Below are positions 1 to 12,663 of a stretch of 64,000 nt of DNA, in pieces. The DNA is taken from contig CM059447.1 of assembly GCA_030390025.1 (NCBI GenBank), positions 15,376,001-15,440,000 on the forward strand, given 5' to 3'. The notes beneath the pieces are model-generated. The model worked only from the letters and a program-made list of their open reading frames with translations. It had not been told where the DNA came from and did not search any database. The translations under genes and the position numbers were made by a program. This DNA comes from Squalus acanthias. Lineage: Eukaryota. Each line of letters starts with the position of its first letter. Positions within the stretch are counted from its first letter, which is position 1.

Positions 1-910
1 ATGAGTGACCAAGACCTATTGGCTTAAAATGCAGGATGGGTAGAACACCCTAATATTCATAGGCTGAAGAATGATCTATCTTGAAAATAGAAGATTTTAT
101 TTAGTATTTTTTTGGTTAAGCTACTTGGTTCTGTGAAGGAATGTAATCATGTTAAGAAGAACTTCATGAAGTTGAATATGGTTTTGCAATTTTATTAGAT
201 AAACTCAAGGCATGTATATTTAATATTCTTTCAAAGATGGCAAAGGTGAGTAAGCGGGAGCATCTTAATTATTCATCCCGGTGTGGGCTAAATTTCTACT
301 GCACAACTCTTTGGGCCTACGTGAACGTGGACATGCCTCCTATCCCCAGAGCTTTGGTCCAGGCACGATGTGGCATCAGTGCACACTTAATAAATACTTT
401 TGACCACGGCCCATTGGGATGCGGCATTTGCTCTCCTTGAGGATACAGTTCAACATCACTGCAGACTTAATGAGATGTTTATCCAGGACAAAGAATTAGC
501 AAGGAATCTGTTGACAGACTAGGAGGAGGAGTTGTGATACAATATGACACATTTGATGTCAGTGGCCATCATTTCGTATGCCTCACTTAAGAGCAAAGTG
601 AAAAGGAATTAAGATAATACTGCCTGCAATACGAGGTTAAGATCCGAGAGTGAGCTCACACAGCAGGGACCTGTGAAAAGATGCTTAAAAATTTGACACT
701 AAAGAAATTGGCTTAAGTTGCCTGAAAGGGAGCTGGAGGCTGATTTTCAACAGACGTCAGGCTCACTCCAACTTCCAGTGAGCAGAATAAAAAAGGTAAA
801 AGATTTCCAATGCAAAAGCAAAATACTGCGGATGCTGGAAATCTGAAATTAAAACAGAAAATGCTGGAAATGCTCAGCAGGTCAGGCAGCATCTGTGGAG
901 ATGGAAACAG

Positions 911-947
911 AGTTAACGTTTCAGGTTGAGGACCTTTCGTCAGAACT
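911..947 (-). ncRNA. Minimal hammerhead ribozyme motif (core intact, one stem II mismatch)
   Basis: Reverse complement reads AGUU-CUGACGA-A-AGGUC-CUC-AACCU-GAAA-CG-UU-AACU. Confidence 0.7.
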
Positions 948-989
948 GTCGGTGGCCATCATTTCGTATGTCTCACTTACGAGAACTGG

Positions 990-1026
990 GGTTCTGTTGA
1001 AAGTTCATCGACCTGAAACGTTGACT
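990..1026 (+). ncRNA. Degenerate hammerhead motif (core CUGUUGA)
   Basis: ggttctgttgaaagttcatcgacctgaaacgttgact; core and stem II are mutated. Confidence 0.5.
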
Positions 1027-1683
1027 CTGTTTCTCTCTCCACAGATGCTGCCTGACCTGCTGAGCATTTCCAGCACTTTCTGTTTTTATTTATTATAAAC
1101 GATTTCCAATATTGGTTATACAACCGATCTAGGAAATCAGCACAAAACAGAACTGGCGCTCTCTTTTCTCTCTGTGGAGGTTTGCCCTCAGTGTTATATG
1201 TGAGGTGGGTTGTGGCAGTTGTTATAATTCAGGGCAAAAGAGAGATTCAGATTTTCAGCATCCACAGTATTTTGCTTTTGCTTTTGGTTTTTTTTCCCCA
1301 ACACTCATGCGGAATCTGTAGGCAGGTCCGTGCCTCCTACGAACCAAAATATAACTTTACGTGTAAAGTGAATGGGATAGTGTATCTCAGGGTTAAACTA
1401 CAATTTGTATTTATACATCAAATATACTTTAAACTTGTGCTGAAAACAAAATAATGCAGTATTCAACTTCTTAGAGTCCTTTTCCACGTCCTTTAACCGA
1501 GTTGTTTGGTACCAATATTTTGATGTTTCTTACGTGGAGCATACCTCAGCCTCAACAAATTTCTGCCCCAGTGCTGTGATGTGGAAATACAGTTCAAACA
1601 AATGGACCAAAGATATAGTGAAGAACTGCAGCAAATATACCAGGACCAGGGAGCTTCTAACACCTCAGATCAAAATCAGGCCT

Positions 1684-2139
1684 TTCAGCCGTGGCTCAGT
1701 GGGTAGCACACTCACCTCTGAGTCATGAAGGTTGTGGGTTCAAGTCCCACTCCAGGGACTTGAGCACATAAAGCTAGGCTGACACTCCAGTGCAGTGCTG
1801 AGGGAGGTGCCGTCTTTCGGATGAGATGTTAAACCGAGGCCCCGTCTGCTCTCTCAGATGGACGTAAAAGATCCCATGGCACTATTTCGAAGAAGAGCAG
1901 GGGAGTTATCCCCGGTGTCCTGGCCAATATTTATCCCTCAACCAACATAACAAAAACAGATTATCTGGTCATTAACACATTGCTGTTTGTGGGACCTTGC
2001 TGTGCGCAAATTGGCTCACGTTTCCCACATTACAACAGTGACTCCACATCAAAAGTACTTCATTGATTGTAAAGCGCTTTGAGACGTCCGGTGGTCGTGA
2101 AAGGCGCTATAGAAATGCAAGTCTTTCTTTCTTTCTTTT
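1684..2139 (+). mobile_element. tRNA-derived DeuSINE (SacSINE1-like), full length
   Basis: A box tggctcagtggg, B box ggttcaagtcc, Deu-domain-like core (aaagatcccatggcactatttcgaagaagagcagggg) and tail ending aaatgcaag(tctt)n. Confidence 0.85.
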
Positions 2140-3614
2140 TACATTAGACAAACGTCTAAGAGGGAATCCCAAATCCTTTCTCAACAGCCCAATAATCAAT
2201 ATTAGTAATCAATATTAATTATTTCTATCACCCAGTCTGATGGGAGGTGGAAACTGACTGATGAATTGCTTCCTAGTTCAGACCCCGAGACAAAGCCTAT
2301 TGGAATTTCCAGCTGGCACGACACTTAATGCCTGTAGCACACAGGCAATTAGTTCTCCTCTGTCTCCATCCAACATTGCATATTCACTCTACCCACAGAC
2401 ACTTATGACAAAGAGTGAAGGAAATCTTATCAGAAACGGCTGCTAAGGCTCCATTTATTTTAAAAAAATCCCAATTTGATGTGGCTACAGTTTCACATGA
2501 ACACATAGAAGATTAGAAATGTCTTCAAACATGGCGCAGGATGTCAGTCACAGCAGTCACAGTCCAATGTCCAGTTTGTACAGCTCACAACTATTCCTAC
2601 ATTGGAATTAATTAGCATAAATACAATTCAATCATAATATATTTAAAAATAATAAGTAGTATATATAATGCTGTAAGTAACCTACCAGTAGTCATTGATT
2701 GAACATTTGGGCAGCAATTGAAGAGCCCTATGGAATCACGCTCCAGCAAGTAGTCAATACCTTCAGGGGAGGGGACAGGAAGCCAGCGCTGTAAAAAAGG
2801 AGGAAGAAAAAAAACTTACCATACAGAAAATGCTTCAAGAGTACAAAAAGTTAACATTCAAGGTTTAAAATCTGTTAATGTGTTTCATGATCTCAGGTGA
2901 TATGAGTAATTGGACCTTGAATCCTCAACAGAAAGGCAGATGGTTGACTGTGACTCTGTTTGGAGTCAATTTACTCCATCAGTAGATACATAGACCAGCT
3001 GAGTATGTGAAAGAGTGTTTCCAATTCCCTGGCCACCTTGCATTATAGCCCCTCTTACTGGCAATTTGCTGTTCTATTATTGAATTAGAGACGGTAATGC
3101 TAGGGGTCACGTTCTGTGGGAAATGCTTGCAGTTTATCAGTTGTTACATTGTTACTACACTATTTTTATAGTAGACCTTGGGCTTTCCCTTTAAGAATCA
3201 GAGATTCTGCTTCTCTCCCCACCTTTAAAGGCCTTGTTAAAACCTCGTTTGATCACCTCTCCTAACTTTCTGTTTAGTGCCTGTTTTTTCCTATGTGAAG
3301 CATCTTGGGGCATTTTCTACGTTAAACAGACAGTGCAAATGCAACTTGTTCTTCTGGTTTTCCACAATATACTTTACTCTTTAAATTCTCTGTCGATTTC
3401 CCCCCAGACAAAACTTTAATGTCTCATCCAAAAGTTTTTGGTGTGTTACTAGAAGCAATCTTCAATTTTTATGCAAGTCTAAAGCAGATAATGTTTCTTC
3501 ATTTTTTACCCTTCCGATTATTCCAATGACGATATCTTCACTTTTGTCTTTATTACCTCAGTTGTTCTAAGTTTGTTAAGAGGTATTAAACCTGGGCCTA
3601 GTCTATCAGTAATG

Positions 3615-3918
3615 ATCCCACAAACAGCGATGAGATGAATGATCAGATAATCTATTTTAATGACATTGGTTGAGGGATAAATGTTGGCGAGGACACTGGG
3701 AGATCTTCGCTACTCTTCTTCGATCTTTTACATCCACCTGAGAGAGAGCAAATGGGGCTTCGGTTTAATGTCTCATCCGAAAGTCAGCACCTCCGACAGT
3801 GCAACGCTCCCTTGATACTACACTGCAGTGTCAGCCTAGATTATGTGCTCAAGTGTCTGGAGTGGATCTTGAACCCTCAGCCTTCTGACACAGAGGCAAG
3901 AGTGCTACCAACTGACCA
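3615..3918 (-). mobile_element. SacSINE1-like SINE, degenerate
   Basis: Reverse-complement similarity to 1684-1995. Confidence 0.7.
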
Positions 3919-4148
3919 GAAAATAGGTGTGTGACAGAAACAAAAACAATGGGATGGGAAAATATAGTTATGAGGAGAGACTGGGACTACTTCCACTGTA
4001 ACACAGGAAACTAAAGGGGTGATCTTAACCCTGCCTACCTGGCGGAAACTGGGCAGGCTCGAGGGGCTGAATGGCCTAGTCCTGTTCCTATGTTCCTAAC
4101 CAAAGTCAATAAAAATGATTGTTTTAAGTGTCATGTGCCTAAAAATAT

Positions 4149-4597
4149 AAGAAAGAAAGATTTGCATTTCTATCGCGCCTTTCACGATGACCGGATGTCC
4201 CAAAGCGCTTTACAGCCAATGAAGTACTTTTTGAAGTATAGTCACTGTTGTAATGTAGGAAATGTGGCAACCAATTTGTGCACAGCAAGCTCCCACAAAC
4301 AGCAATGACCAATCTGTTTTAGTGATGTTGATTGAGGGATAAATATTGGCCAGGACACCGGGGATAACTCCCCTGCTCTTCTTCGAAATAGTGCCGTGGG
4401 ATCTTTTACGTCCACCTGAGAGAGCAGACGGGGCCTTGGTTTAAGGTCTCATCCAAAAGATGGCACCTCTGACAGTGCAGCACTCCACTGGAGTGTCAGC
4501 CTAGATTTTTGCACTCAAGTCTCTGGAGTGGGACTTGAACCCACAACCTTCACAGGCTCAGAGGCGAGAGTGCTATCAACTGAGCCACTGGCGCAGC
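4149..4597 (-). mobile_element. SacSINE1-like SINE, full length
   Basis: Near-complete reverse complement of 1684-2139. Confidence 0.85.
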
Positions 4598-5404
4598 CAT
4601 CTATTAAGCTGACAATGCTTTCTGTAGTCAAAGGGTTAAAACTAGACTCAATCTATTTCTATTTTATCCTAGCTGTCACCTATAAGATCCTGGTCCATTT
4701 GCAAGTCCAGGTTTTGTGATCTTTTATTTAAAGCTGGCTGGTAGCAGTTCCCCTGTAATTGTACCTGCTGCCTCCTGTCTCTTGGTGCCCAGCTGGTGTT
4801 GTGTATCCTCCTCCCTCCTCTGATGTACAGATGTGGCTACACAGCCCACAGAACTCCTGGGATTTCAGTTGCTGCTGGTGGAACAGCAGCTCCTACATAA
4901 TGTCATTCACAGAGGATGCCCTGAGGGGGAAGATGACTGTATAAGCATTACCTCGGCAGCGCTACAACATTAGCAGAGTGCTCCTGTGTCTGCCAGGTGT
5001 CCCCTCAGCCTCACTCACACTGCCGTAGAGAAAAATGGTAATGCATACCAGGAAATGAAGATCTTATTTTAAGTAACAAATGCATCGGCCTAGAAGGAGC
5101 CAGCCCATTAGCAGTAGCAGCACATGCTTCACAAACCAGGAGTCAGGGATTACTGCATGGCACTTCAATCTGCCGCACCAACTTCAGCTGCAATGAATTG
5201 TATCATTACTAAATCAACATGCTCGTGTAGCATCGTGTCGATGAGCAGTCCGCCTCATGCTGATGTTGTCTGTCTCGTTCGCTCTGTGCAGGCTGCTTGT
5301 GTTTCTAATCTTTCAAGTTTCTACCCTGCTGATTGTTGGAGGGGTAAGGATTCACAGGCACCAGTCAGCTTCTGGCCAAAATGACAGTTTTCATGCATTA
5401 AGGA

Positions 5405-5729
5405 CGCACTTCAGTGCAGTCCTGCTGGAGGGCTGCGTTGTTGGAGGCGCTGTCTTCTGGGCGAGACGTTAAACCAGGTGGACACAAAAGATCCCATGGC
5501 ACTTTACTGAAGAAGAACAGAGAGGTCTCCTGGCCAGCATTCCTCTCTCAAACATGACCAAAAATCCATTTTAATTGACGGTTGTGGGACCTTGCTGTGC
5601 GCAAATGTTCTGCTGTGCTCACTTACAAAACAACAGTGACTGCACTTCAAATGTAATTAATTGGCTGTGAGGCACTTTGGGACAGCCAGAGTTTGTGAAA
5701 GACCCTATATAAATGTGAGTCTCTCTTTA
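5405..5729 (+). mobile_element. SacSINE1-like SINE, 5'-truncated
   Basis: Contains aaaagatcccatggcact and gggaccttgctgtgcgcaaat, plus the family tail. Confidence 0.75.
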
Positions 5730-5779
5730 CCCGGTGAATTATGTTCGACTGTTCAACCGTGGGAGAATCGTAGATGAGC

Positions 5780-5995
5780 TCAATCTTGTCCTGATCCAAC
5801 ATCCCCCAACATTCGCACTTTCTGACGAGACTCAGGAATGGGAACCCTGGCCAATTGTTTATTTTCTATCCCCTGGCCCAGGACAGCTGAGGGGAGATGT
5901 AACATCTCCAGTGCCACTCTGGCTGAAATCAGCTCACTCAGCACGGATTGCATTCCACACTGGCCAGCTGGGCCCTCAGAGCAGCTCGGAGCTGC
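5780..5995 (-). mobile_element. Old SINE (AmnSINE2-like family) fragment
   Basis: ggctgaaatcagctcactcagcac is the reverse complement of the family core tgtgctgagttagctgatctcagcc. Confidence 0.5.
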
Positions 5996-6990
5996 CTGGT
6001 TAATAATAGGCCCAATGTTGGCCGAAGTTATGGAGTCATCTGGGGTGCAAAGCGTGCTGACCAGCAGGCTGAAAGGCAGGGAGAATGATCCTGTGGGAGG
6101 AAGGAAGTTGTGTGGGGTAGATATAAAGTAGAACCAGGACTGTGTACAGAAACATTAGTGTGTCTTTAACTCTTTGAGTACTACAGTAGTGTTTATGCAT
6201 CGTTTCAAAAGATACGGCAGAGATTTTCATCTCCAACAATCGCATTCTTCCTGTAACAGCAACTACACTGAGGGAGAGTCTGAAATTATGACATGACAAA
6301 TATTGAACCTGGTGGGGGATGGTGCTGGTTAACACATAAAATAATACACATAACGCATACAATTATAATAATAACCAGAATTTTGCTAAAATGGGAGGAA
6401 TTCTAAAACGTTTATGCTTGATACATATGGAGAGTCACAGTGTGTGTGTGGGTGTGTGAGAGAGAGATCGGTCCCTTTCTCAGAGCCAGGCCAGTTCCAG
6501 TTCTACAGCGAATGGGTGAATGACATTGAAGATGGGACAAGGTGTAACCACATGTGTGAACAGGGGACTGTGAGTTGATTGTCCAAGTGTGGGAGAATGG
6601 GTTCTTACAATTAAAATAGTGGATTTGGGGCACGACACGGAAGACACAGCTGTATTTTATGTGATAGGTTTATGTAGGATTTTTTAAAGCTACTAAACAT
6701 TGATGGTCTTGTTTGTGAAAGCACGTGTCTGCCGTCTGTTACTGTGGGTGAGACAGTAGAGTCAGGAGAGATGAGCAGCGTCAGTTTTTCATCCTCTCAG
6801 ACAACATGCCTAAGAGAGGACCAATGAAAATCACCACATCTGTTCTCAGCAAAGTTGAGTCTTGTACAGTACTAACACCGCAAGTGCGCTGCTGCCATAT
6901 TGGTTCGGGCACCCTGTAGTCATCCAGGGCAACTGCTTGGATCCGGCTCCACATTAAAACCGCAGACTGCTGCCAGACATCGCTCACCCA

Positions 6991-8412
6991 CCCCATTGCC
7001 TCTCCATCCCCCATCCCCCAAATTGCCTCCCCATCCCTCCCATTTGCCTCCCCATCTCCCCCATATCTCCCCCCATCCCCACCTCCCCCATTCCCATCTC
7101 CATCTCCCCCCATCCCTATCTCCCCCAATTTCCCCCATCCCCATCCCCATCTCTCCAACCCCATCCCCATCTCCTTCCATCCCCATCCCCATATCCCCCA
7201 TCCCCATCCCCATCTCCCCCCCATCCCCATCCCCATCTCCCCCCATCCCCATCTCCCCCATCCCCATCTCCCCCCATCCCCATCTCCCCCCATCCCCATC
7301 CCCTCCCCCCATCTCCCCCATCCTCATCCCCATCTCCCATCCCCATCCCATCCATCTCCCCATCCCCATCCCCATCTCCCCCCCATCCCCATCCCCATCT
7401 CCCCCCCATCCCCATCCCCATCCCCATCCCCATCCCCCCCATCCCATCCCCATCCCCATCCCCATCCCATCCCCATCCCCATCTCCCCATCCCCATCCCC
7501 CCATCCCCATCTCCCCCCATCTCCCATCCCCATCCCCATCCCCATCCCACCCCCTCTCCATCCCCATCCCCCCCCCATCTCCCCCATCCCCATCCCATCT
7601 CCCCCACCCCATCTCCCCCATCCCCATCTCCCCCCATCCCCATCTCCCCCATCCCCCCCATCCCCATCCCCATCTCCCCCATCCCCATCTCCCCCATCCC
7701 ATCCCCATCCCCATCTCCCCCCCATCTCCCCCATCCCCCATCCCCATCTCCCCCATCCCCATCTCCCCCCATCCTCATCTCCCCCCATCTCATCCCCATC
7801 TCCCCCATCCCCCATCCCCATCTCCCCCCATCCCCATCCCATCTCCCCCATCCCATCTCCCCCATCCCCATCTCCCCCATCTCCCCATCCCCATCCCATC
7901 CCCATCCCCATCTCCCCCCATCCCCATCCCCATCTCCCCCCCATCTCCCCCCCATCCCCATCTCCCCCCATCCCCATCTCCCCCCCATCCCCATCCCCAT
8001 CTCCCCCCCATCCCCCATCTCCCCCATCCCATCCCCATCTCCCCCCCATCCCCATCCCATCTCCCCCCATCCCCATCTCCCCCCCATCCCCCATCTCCCC
8101 CATCCCATCCCCATCTCCCCCCATCCCCATCTCCCCCATCCCCATCTCCCCCCCATCCCATCCCCATCTCCCCCCCATCCTCATCCCCATCTCCCCCCAT
8201 CCCCATCTCCCCCCATCCCCATCTCCCCCCCCATCTCCCCCCATCCCCATCTCCCCCCATCCCCATCTCCCCCCCATCCCCATCCCCATCTCCCCCCCAT
8301 CCCCCATCTCCCCCCCATCACCATCCCCATCTCCCCCCCATCCCATCTCCCCCCATCCCCATCCCCATCTCCCCCCCATCCCCCATCTCCCCCAATTGCC
8401 TCTCCATTCCCC
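6991..8412. repeat. (CCCCAT)n/(CCCCATCT)n low-complexity tandem array, ~1.4 kb
   Basis: Continuous C3-C8 runs separated by AT or ATCT, with almost no G on the plus strand. Confidence 0.97.
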
Positions 8413-9269
8413 CTGCCAGACTCATCTGAGGAACTTGGCCAGTGTCCCAGAAATCCGCCCCCCAGCCAGCTGCCTCTGTTGCCAGCGGCTCACCAGTCCT
8501 GTCCTAAAGAGGCCGGTGAACCAATTTGCCGGTTTGGGCACGATCCAATTCCTAGCCCGCGGTAACTGTCCACCGTTGGCCGCTGGTTTTATTTATTTTG
8601 CATAACCGATGAAAATCGAAGCCGCCATACCTAGGTAAGGGTGGAATTCATCAGCGGCTCATTTCCTGCACAAGCTTTATGTCAAAACTGGTAGTAAGTT
8701 TGATTCTTGTTTCCTAAGGGCCATTCACTATCTGTAGAAACCTTCCAACTGAAACATCTAAATCTGTGTATATTAGGCAACATTGACTGAGCAAAATAGA
8801 TTCAGGAAGCCCAAGTTTATGGGTTAAATGAGAATGCATTGAGAAAGGAGAAGTGTGAGTCATCAAATTAGGTCCGTATGTATTGTGAAATTGTTAGAAA
8901 AAGCATTGGCTGAGCTTTGAGCTCCACCTCAGAGCCACACAAGGTCTTCCATACAGAGAGCCAGATTACAATGTAGAATGAAATACGGGTTCAGGGCCTG
9001 TCAGAGGACCAGAGCTGCACATAATTTGGCCTGACTTCCGAACCAGCTACGTTTCCCTCAACTGGAACACATTACTGATTCAGATTCAGAGAAACTGGTA
9101 ACCCTGTGGCCCGCTCCTGTCTGAGCAGAGCTGAGAGCAGATTCAACTGATTTCCAACCACATCTGGTCCATGAAGCCAGTTCGATGCAGCACTTGAGAA
9201 TAAAATATTCTTTCGGAAAAGTTCCTTTCCTTTCATCCTCGCCAGTTTTCTTCTCTCCTCCCCCCCCCC

Positions 9270-9615
9270 CCGGTCCCTCCTTGAAGGCATTGACTCGCTG
9301 CTGGGGTGGGACTCCTTGGGAGGCCAGTTGTCCTTTGGTATTTTCTCCACACGGTCACTTTTCACACGCGAGCCTCGGCAGAGAGTGTTGGCGGACTGTT
9401 CAATCATCGGGGCTATTACTACGAAGCCCGACACCCAAGGTTCGTAGCAAGGATCACAGGCTAACGATCAGCTGCAGGAACCCTGGTCAGTTTATGGCCA
9501 CATTTATGGCATTCCCACTGCTGCCATGACTGAGATCAGCTCGGTCTGCACAGACCTGCCAGCTCTGGAATGGCTGAGCTACTTGCTGGATATACTCACT
9601 GAGCCACTGGGGAGC
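9270..9615 (-). mobile_element. Old SINE (AmnSINE2-like family)
   Basis: From ccttgaaggcattgactc through gactgagatcagctcg to cactgagccactgggg (antisense tRNA-like head). Confidence 0.55.
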
Positions 9616-9671
9616 CTGTGCCTGTGTTCTATCCTATAACGCCTACAAACCGTCATTGATTTCTTTACTGG

Positions 9672-9860
9672 GAACATAGGAACAGGAAGGAGTAGGCCGT
9701 TTAGCCCCTCGAGCCTGTTCCTCCATTCAATGAGATCACGGCTGATCTGTATCTTAACTCCATCTACCCGCCTTGGTTCCGTAACCCTTGCCTAACAAAA
9801 ATCTATCAAGGTCAGTTTTGAAATTTTCAATTGACCTAGCCTCAGCAGCTTTTTGTGGGA
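9672..9860 (-). mobile_element. CR1/HER1-type LINE 3' end
   Basis: gaacataggaacagga...ggccgtttagcccctcgagcctgttcctccattcaatgagatc. Confidence 0.8.
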
Positions 9861-10079
9861 GGTTAGAAGTTAAATAGAATTAGGGAACTCTATGGAGCCA
9901 GTGAACTAAAAGTTGTTACATTTGGTAATAACTTACATTTTGGTAGAGCAATTTGACTGTAGTCTTCAAAGAGTCAACTGACCAAAAGACATTCAATTAC
10001 AAGGCTATCAATTGGATGAAAGCACTTGGTTTCTGCTCTGTACTCACATCGAAAGGGTAGCATTCTTATATTTTTAATC

Positions 10080-10270
10080 AAGCTCTTCTCTCCTCCTCAT
10101 CTCCTGAAGTCTGACTCCTGTGGTTCCAGGTGCCACTTGCTCTCCAGTACATTGCCCAATTGGCCATTCATCATGTATGAGTTTAGACAATTGAAAATTG
10201 GCCGGCTATTCGACTACACGGGGCGCCACAGCTGAGCCCAAACCTGTTCTTAGCTGCCGTCCAGGCATTT
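10080..10270 (-). mobile_element. Old SINE (AmnSINE2-like) 3' fragment
   Basis: ctccagtacattgcccaattggccattcatcatgtatgag is antisense to the family 3' part. Confidence 0.5.
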
Positions 10271-10864
10271 GCATTGTCCGACTTTTTGGTTTTGGTGATG
10301 CTAGCTCCAACAATTTAAAGATCTAAGGGGAAAAATTTGCAGGGCTATGGGGAAAGGGCAGGGGAATGGGACTAATTGGATAGCTGTTTTGATACAGCAC
10401 AGAAGAAGGCCATTCTATGATTCTATGATAAGGGATATATTTATGAGGCTCCACCCCCAGCATGAAGCCTGTCTAGATGGGAGTGCAGGGTCACAGAATT
10501 GTCCCTTTTAGTGTTATATCTCTGACCTGCACTCCCACCTACTGAGGCTCTACTCTAGGTCCAGCCCTCCCCACTCACCCCCATGGTAAAATGACCTCGA
10601 TAATCTGTTGTTTGAAAATATGAAACTTTGCAAGTCTTTTGGGGGTGATGTGCATCAGACATCCTCCAATGGGCACTATCCAGAAGCCTGACATTTTCCA
10701 GGAACTGACAGGAAATGTTGATTAAAAGGAAGTCTATCGAAAAATGGAGTACCAGGGGAATGTGCAATTGGCCAATTTTAGTTCCAATGAAAATAGAAAA
10801 TGCACAGCAGGCCGTTAAGCGTCTGAAAGAAAAATGTGAAATAACTAATATTGATGAATGGTCC

Positions 10865-10975
10865 CACACAAAACGTTAACCTGTCTTTCACTTTCAAATG
10901 CTGACTGACCGACCTGCTGTTTTTCTAGCATTTACTGTTTTTATTTTCAGATTTCATCATTCAGGTTTTCGCTTT
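10865..10975 (+). mobile_element. Degenerate Penelope-like family A 3' terminus
   Basis: aaacgttaacctgtc...gacctgctg...agcatttactgttttt. Confidence 0.55.
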
Positions 10976-11714
10976 ACCTCCTGAATTCAAACCTGCTCAT
11001 GTTGCAGTGAGGTGAGGGTTTACCGAACCATGCTGATCTGTGAATACTGCTTTACTTCAAAATTGGTAGCTGGAGCGTTCTCCGAATCATGTAAATTGAT
11101 GCTTCCGGATGTACTTCAATCAGAATTTAACACAAAGAAAAATCCTCCTGCAAATCTACTAAAAGTTGAAGCGCTGGGCGAGTGATTCAGCTTACTTCCT
11201 CCTGGCAGTGCTGAGCTTGCAAGCGGACAGACAGGCACCAGAGTTTGTCTAAAAAAGGGAAAAAAATCCTGAAGTCTCACTTCCCTGTCAGCACAGCCCG
11301 AGGCCCAAGCATTGCTGATGTGATTCATCACAGACTGAGAGGGAGCCTCTTTCTCTTGGTCACACTCCAGCTATTCCTGTACGGTGCAGCGATTATCTGC
11401 TCCATCCATACTTTGACCTTTCAGATTCCATCTCTGATTTAGGGATCTATGCTGATAATAAGGGTAAATGTCTTTCAACACTGCAAAAGTACAGATAAAC
11501 TACTGTTCTCCAATAACACTGACACTTTTCAATAAGGCTCACCACCACAATCCCTCCATGATGTTTTCTGTGCTTGAAACTAGTAATATTTCATTTTCTT
11601 TGATGATAAAATTTGGGATGAGCAAAAACAAAAGAGTCCGTTTTTTTAGTTGTCTATTCTCTTCCATTTTCTCCTATCTGTCTGTCCTCTTCAGAAAGCA
11701 TCGACATCCACTGC

Positions 11715-12000
11715 AGTGACGTCGACTCCAGGCTTTGGGCCCCAGGTGGCCATTTCTTCGTGCATGGACCTAGACGGTGAGCGTTGACGGGCTATTCTAC
11801 TACAGGGAGATTCACAGCTGGGCCTGATCCTGTCCTTCACACCCGCGCACTTCCCAGCAGGTGTCAGTGAGAAGGATCAGTGTGATTTCTTTTCCCGCCA
11901 TAGTTCGGGTCAATTGTCGCACCCCACCGCTCCCCAATTGTCACACTGGCTAAGATCAGCTACTTAGCACAGGCTAGAAACTGAACATGGGAACTTCTGG
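11715..12000 (-). mobile_element. Old SINE (AmnSINE2-like family)
   Basis: ggctaagatcagctacttagcacag and gtggccatttcttcgtgcatgg. Confidence 0.55.
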
Positions 12001-12663
12001 TGGGAGAGAACCTGAGGGAGCGCACTGCAAGGGGGGGAAGCTAACCTCCAAGGCATCGGCAGAGTACAACACTTGATATCTCTTTTGGGTTAATGTTCTG
12101 TGAGGAGATAGTGGGGTAGGCCCCATCATTAGGCTTGGATGAATCAATGTGTTGTGTCGAGGTAAGTAAGGATTGAATTGCTTTGAGGATACTTTAGGTA
12201 GTGTTGGGGCTGAAGATTTTTAAAAGCCTCAGTTTTAATATTTTCTGGCGGTGTACCTGAGCTGATTACATCAAAGGTATTGTGGTATCCAAGGTTGTAA
12301 TTTGAAGTACATTCAAGCTGTGGTTTGGAGTAGTGCAAATCTGTGACTCTACGGTGACACTGCCAGAACGATCTTACAAAAGCTTTTCTGTTTTGTAGCT
12401 TGAGCTGCAACACACTAAAGCAGGGCTTTAGCCACTTGCCAGTGTTTATTGTTAAGACTAGGCTTGCACTCTGTGGCACTAAATGTAACCTGCTTGGTCT
12501 GAGCACAGTTGACATTCAGGATCCTTTTACTGATAGTTTGGATGCCAGTCTGAGTTATGTACTTGCTCCTCAAATATTTGTTTAATTTCTCCACCACACC
12601 TTCATGCTCCACAGCTGGATTTCCCCCTTCTTCCCCGAGTGGCCCTGCCTTCTCTTTAACTGT

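Larger units (their letters stand above)
812..1095. mobile_element. Penelope-like element (family A) inverted terminal cassette
   Basis: Antisense arm 812-948 and sense arm 990-1095 of the repeat also seen at 29 kb, 49 kb and 61 kb. Flanked by a 15-bp TSD: taaaagatttccaat (797-811) and taaacgatttccaat (1096-1110). Confidence 0.8.

Noticed and set aside
237-245. Possible 9-nt microexon ATGGCAAAG|gtgagt
   Set aside because: Weak AAG acceptor and no linked exons.
1684-1760. tRNA gene
   Set aside because: It is the tRNA-derived head of a SINE that continues into the SINE body.
4763-4893. Open minus-strand frame ELLFHQQQLKSQEFCGLC...
   Set aside because: Poor acceptor and no recognisable homology.
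6781-8429. Long ORFs of 158-509 aa on both strands
   Set aside because: Translations of the CCCCAT array, which almost never produces stop codons; no domain content.
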